Position numbers and translations under genes: made by a program. This document shows, piece after piece, positions 62,391-64,000 of a stretch of DNA of 64,000 nt. Positions within the stretch are counted from its first letter, which is position 1. The number at the start of each line of letters is the position of its first letter. The notes beneath the pieces were generated by a model. The model was given only the letters and a program-made list of their open reading frames with translations. It ran no database searches and was not told the DNA's origin. Source of the stretch: Lama glama (lineage: Eukaryota); assembly GCA_028534125.1 (NCBI GenBank), contig CM052832.1:10728001-10792000 (forward strand). Reading direction: 5' to 3'.

Positions 62391-64000
62391 GGAGGAGAGC
62401 AAAATGGTTCACCTAGAAGCCAATTCTACAGGGAGTTTTGATCCCTTACCCTGCCTGCTGTCCTGAGGGCTGTGGGAATGGACTTTGGGGTCCTTTGCCT
62501 CAGAATCCCAGTCATGTTGAATGTGGCTCCTTTATGTGCTGACAGAGTAAAGTGATTGCCAGTAAGACCGAATGTCCCGGGGCACATGGGGAGCCCCCGT
62601 CCTCAGAAGGGGCAAAGGCATAGGGCAGCGGCAGAGCCTGGCGCCTGGCCCCTCGCCCTTCTCAGAAGTTGAAAAGAGGCTCCTGATCCTTCGAGCCCTG
62701 ACTGAGTCATGCCAGATTCATGATAATCCCATTCTAAAGAGCAGCCCTGCACCTTCCCCTGTTGTCCCTGAGGGCTGTGCATTCAAGAAAGGCCAGCATC
62801 TGGCACCAAAACCAGAAAAGGGATTCTGCAACTTGTACTGATAATTGCAGTAGTTCTCTCTAACTTCTCGCTCATCCCTAGACCAGAAACAGCAAATATA
62901 AAACACTGGTTCTTCCAGACCCACAGCACTCTGTCCCACTGAGTTTGAACACAGCCTCAGAATCCTTCTCAGCACTGGCACCCAGCACATCCTCAGAGTC
63001 AGAGCACTTCTTTGGTGACTTCATTTCCTACCACTCTCCCTTTCCATCACTCTGTTTTGGCCATACCAGCCTCCTCACTGTCCCTGCCTCTGGGCCTTTG
63101 CACTGGCAGCGCCCTCTGTGTGTGTGGGTGGGGAGAAACTGCCAAGAGATATCCACGTAGCTCACTTCCTTCAGACCTCCCAAGAGCATTCAGAAGTAGC
63201 ACAGCAACCCTCATCGCTCATGGGAATTCCATCTCTAACCTGGTTAGCCATGTGGCCTCAGGGCCATTCAGCTAACCACTGTCTCTAGGATGGGGAGCTT
63301 AATTATGAAAGGTACTTCCCAGGGTCATCAAGAGCACTGATTGAGGTAATGTGAGAGTGCGGGGTTCAAATCTTGGCTAGGCACAAACATTCTCTCTGTG
63401 TGATCTTGGGTAAATCACTTAACTTCTCTGAGCCTTGATTTCTTCTTCTGTAACATGAGGATAATAATAGTCCCTCTCTCACAGAGTTGCTATGAGGGTG
63501 AAATACGTTCATACAGGTAGAGTGCTCAGAACAGTGCTTGACATATAGCAAATTTTCAATAAATGTTAGCTGCCAGTGTAATAATGTATGTTTGTGTTTT
63601 TGTTTTTGTTTTTTAATTGCTATCAAACTGTTAGCCTGACTCTAATACTTGCTTCCTGCTACAATCTGATTCTGCTCAATTCAGTTCAAGGTAATACAGT
63701 ATAGGAAAGATCACTTTCAGTGGCCTGGCAGACCTGGCTTACACCCTTGGCTCAGCCGCTTTCCAGCTGTGTGAACCTGAGCAGGTGACCGATCTGCCCG
63801 AGTCTCAGTTTCTTCATCTGTGGTGTGGGGATAATTACTCCTGCTGCACAGAGTCAGTGTGCAGAATCTGAGACCCTGCCCGTCAAGTCCCCCATACATG
63901 GCACATGTGCTCAATAAGTCGTAGGCCAGACAGAACCAGCCACGTGTCCTCGGCAACCTTGCACTTGGACAGGGAAGCAAACAGACCCCTTTGTGGCTGG

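Larger units (their letters stand above)
35434..64000 (+). other. LRFN2: LRFN2 intron following the first coding exon (partial)
   Basis: Starts GTGAGC. The expected continuation (MIPASNKAF..., TM, PDZ-binding tail) is not found in the ORF track. Confidence 0.85.

Overview
Mammalian genomic DNA, most likely a camelid. This is inferred from a young tRNA-Ala-derived vic-1-type SINE, a cetartiodactyl-type L1 3' end and a short Tigger1 deletion derivative; I saw no Alu, Bov-A/BovB or PRE-1. The window appears to lie entirely within LRFN2 (SALM1) on the + strand. It holds about 34 kb of upstream intron, the large first coding exon (ATG 34034 to donor after 35433: signal peptide, LRRs, LRRCT, Ig, start of FN3) and about 28.6 kb of the next intron. 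The exon encoding the TM and cytoplasmic tail is not in the window. The rest is intronic, with many ancient repeats (MIR, L2, CR1/L3, MLT1, LTR16-like, MER21, hAT and Tigger elements, L1), microsatellites, one 100-N gap and several AT/TAAT-rich blocks that look like conserved enhancers. Nearly all other ORFs in the track appear spurious. I found no convincing new multi-gene system. The most notable features are an old full-length U6 copy fused to an L1 3' end (U6-L1 chimera), a candidate recursive-splicing or poison exon in the downstream intron, a nested LTR insertion with an intact TSD, a decayed ~40-bp tandem array, candidate enhancer and CTCF sites, and an apparent D167G change in LRFN2. 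Repeat names and boundaries come from recalled consensus sequences and are approximate.
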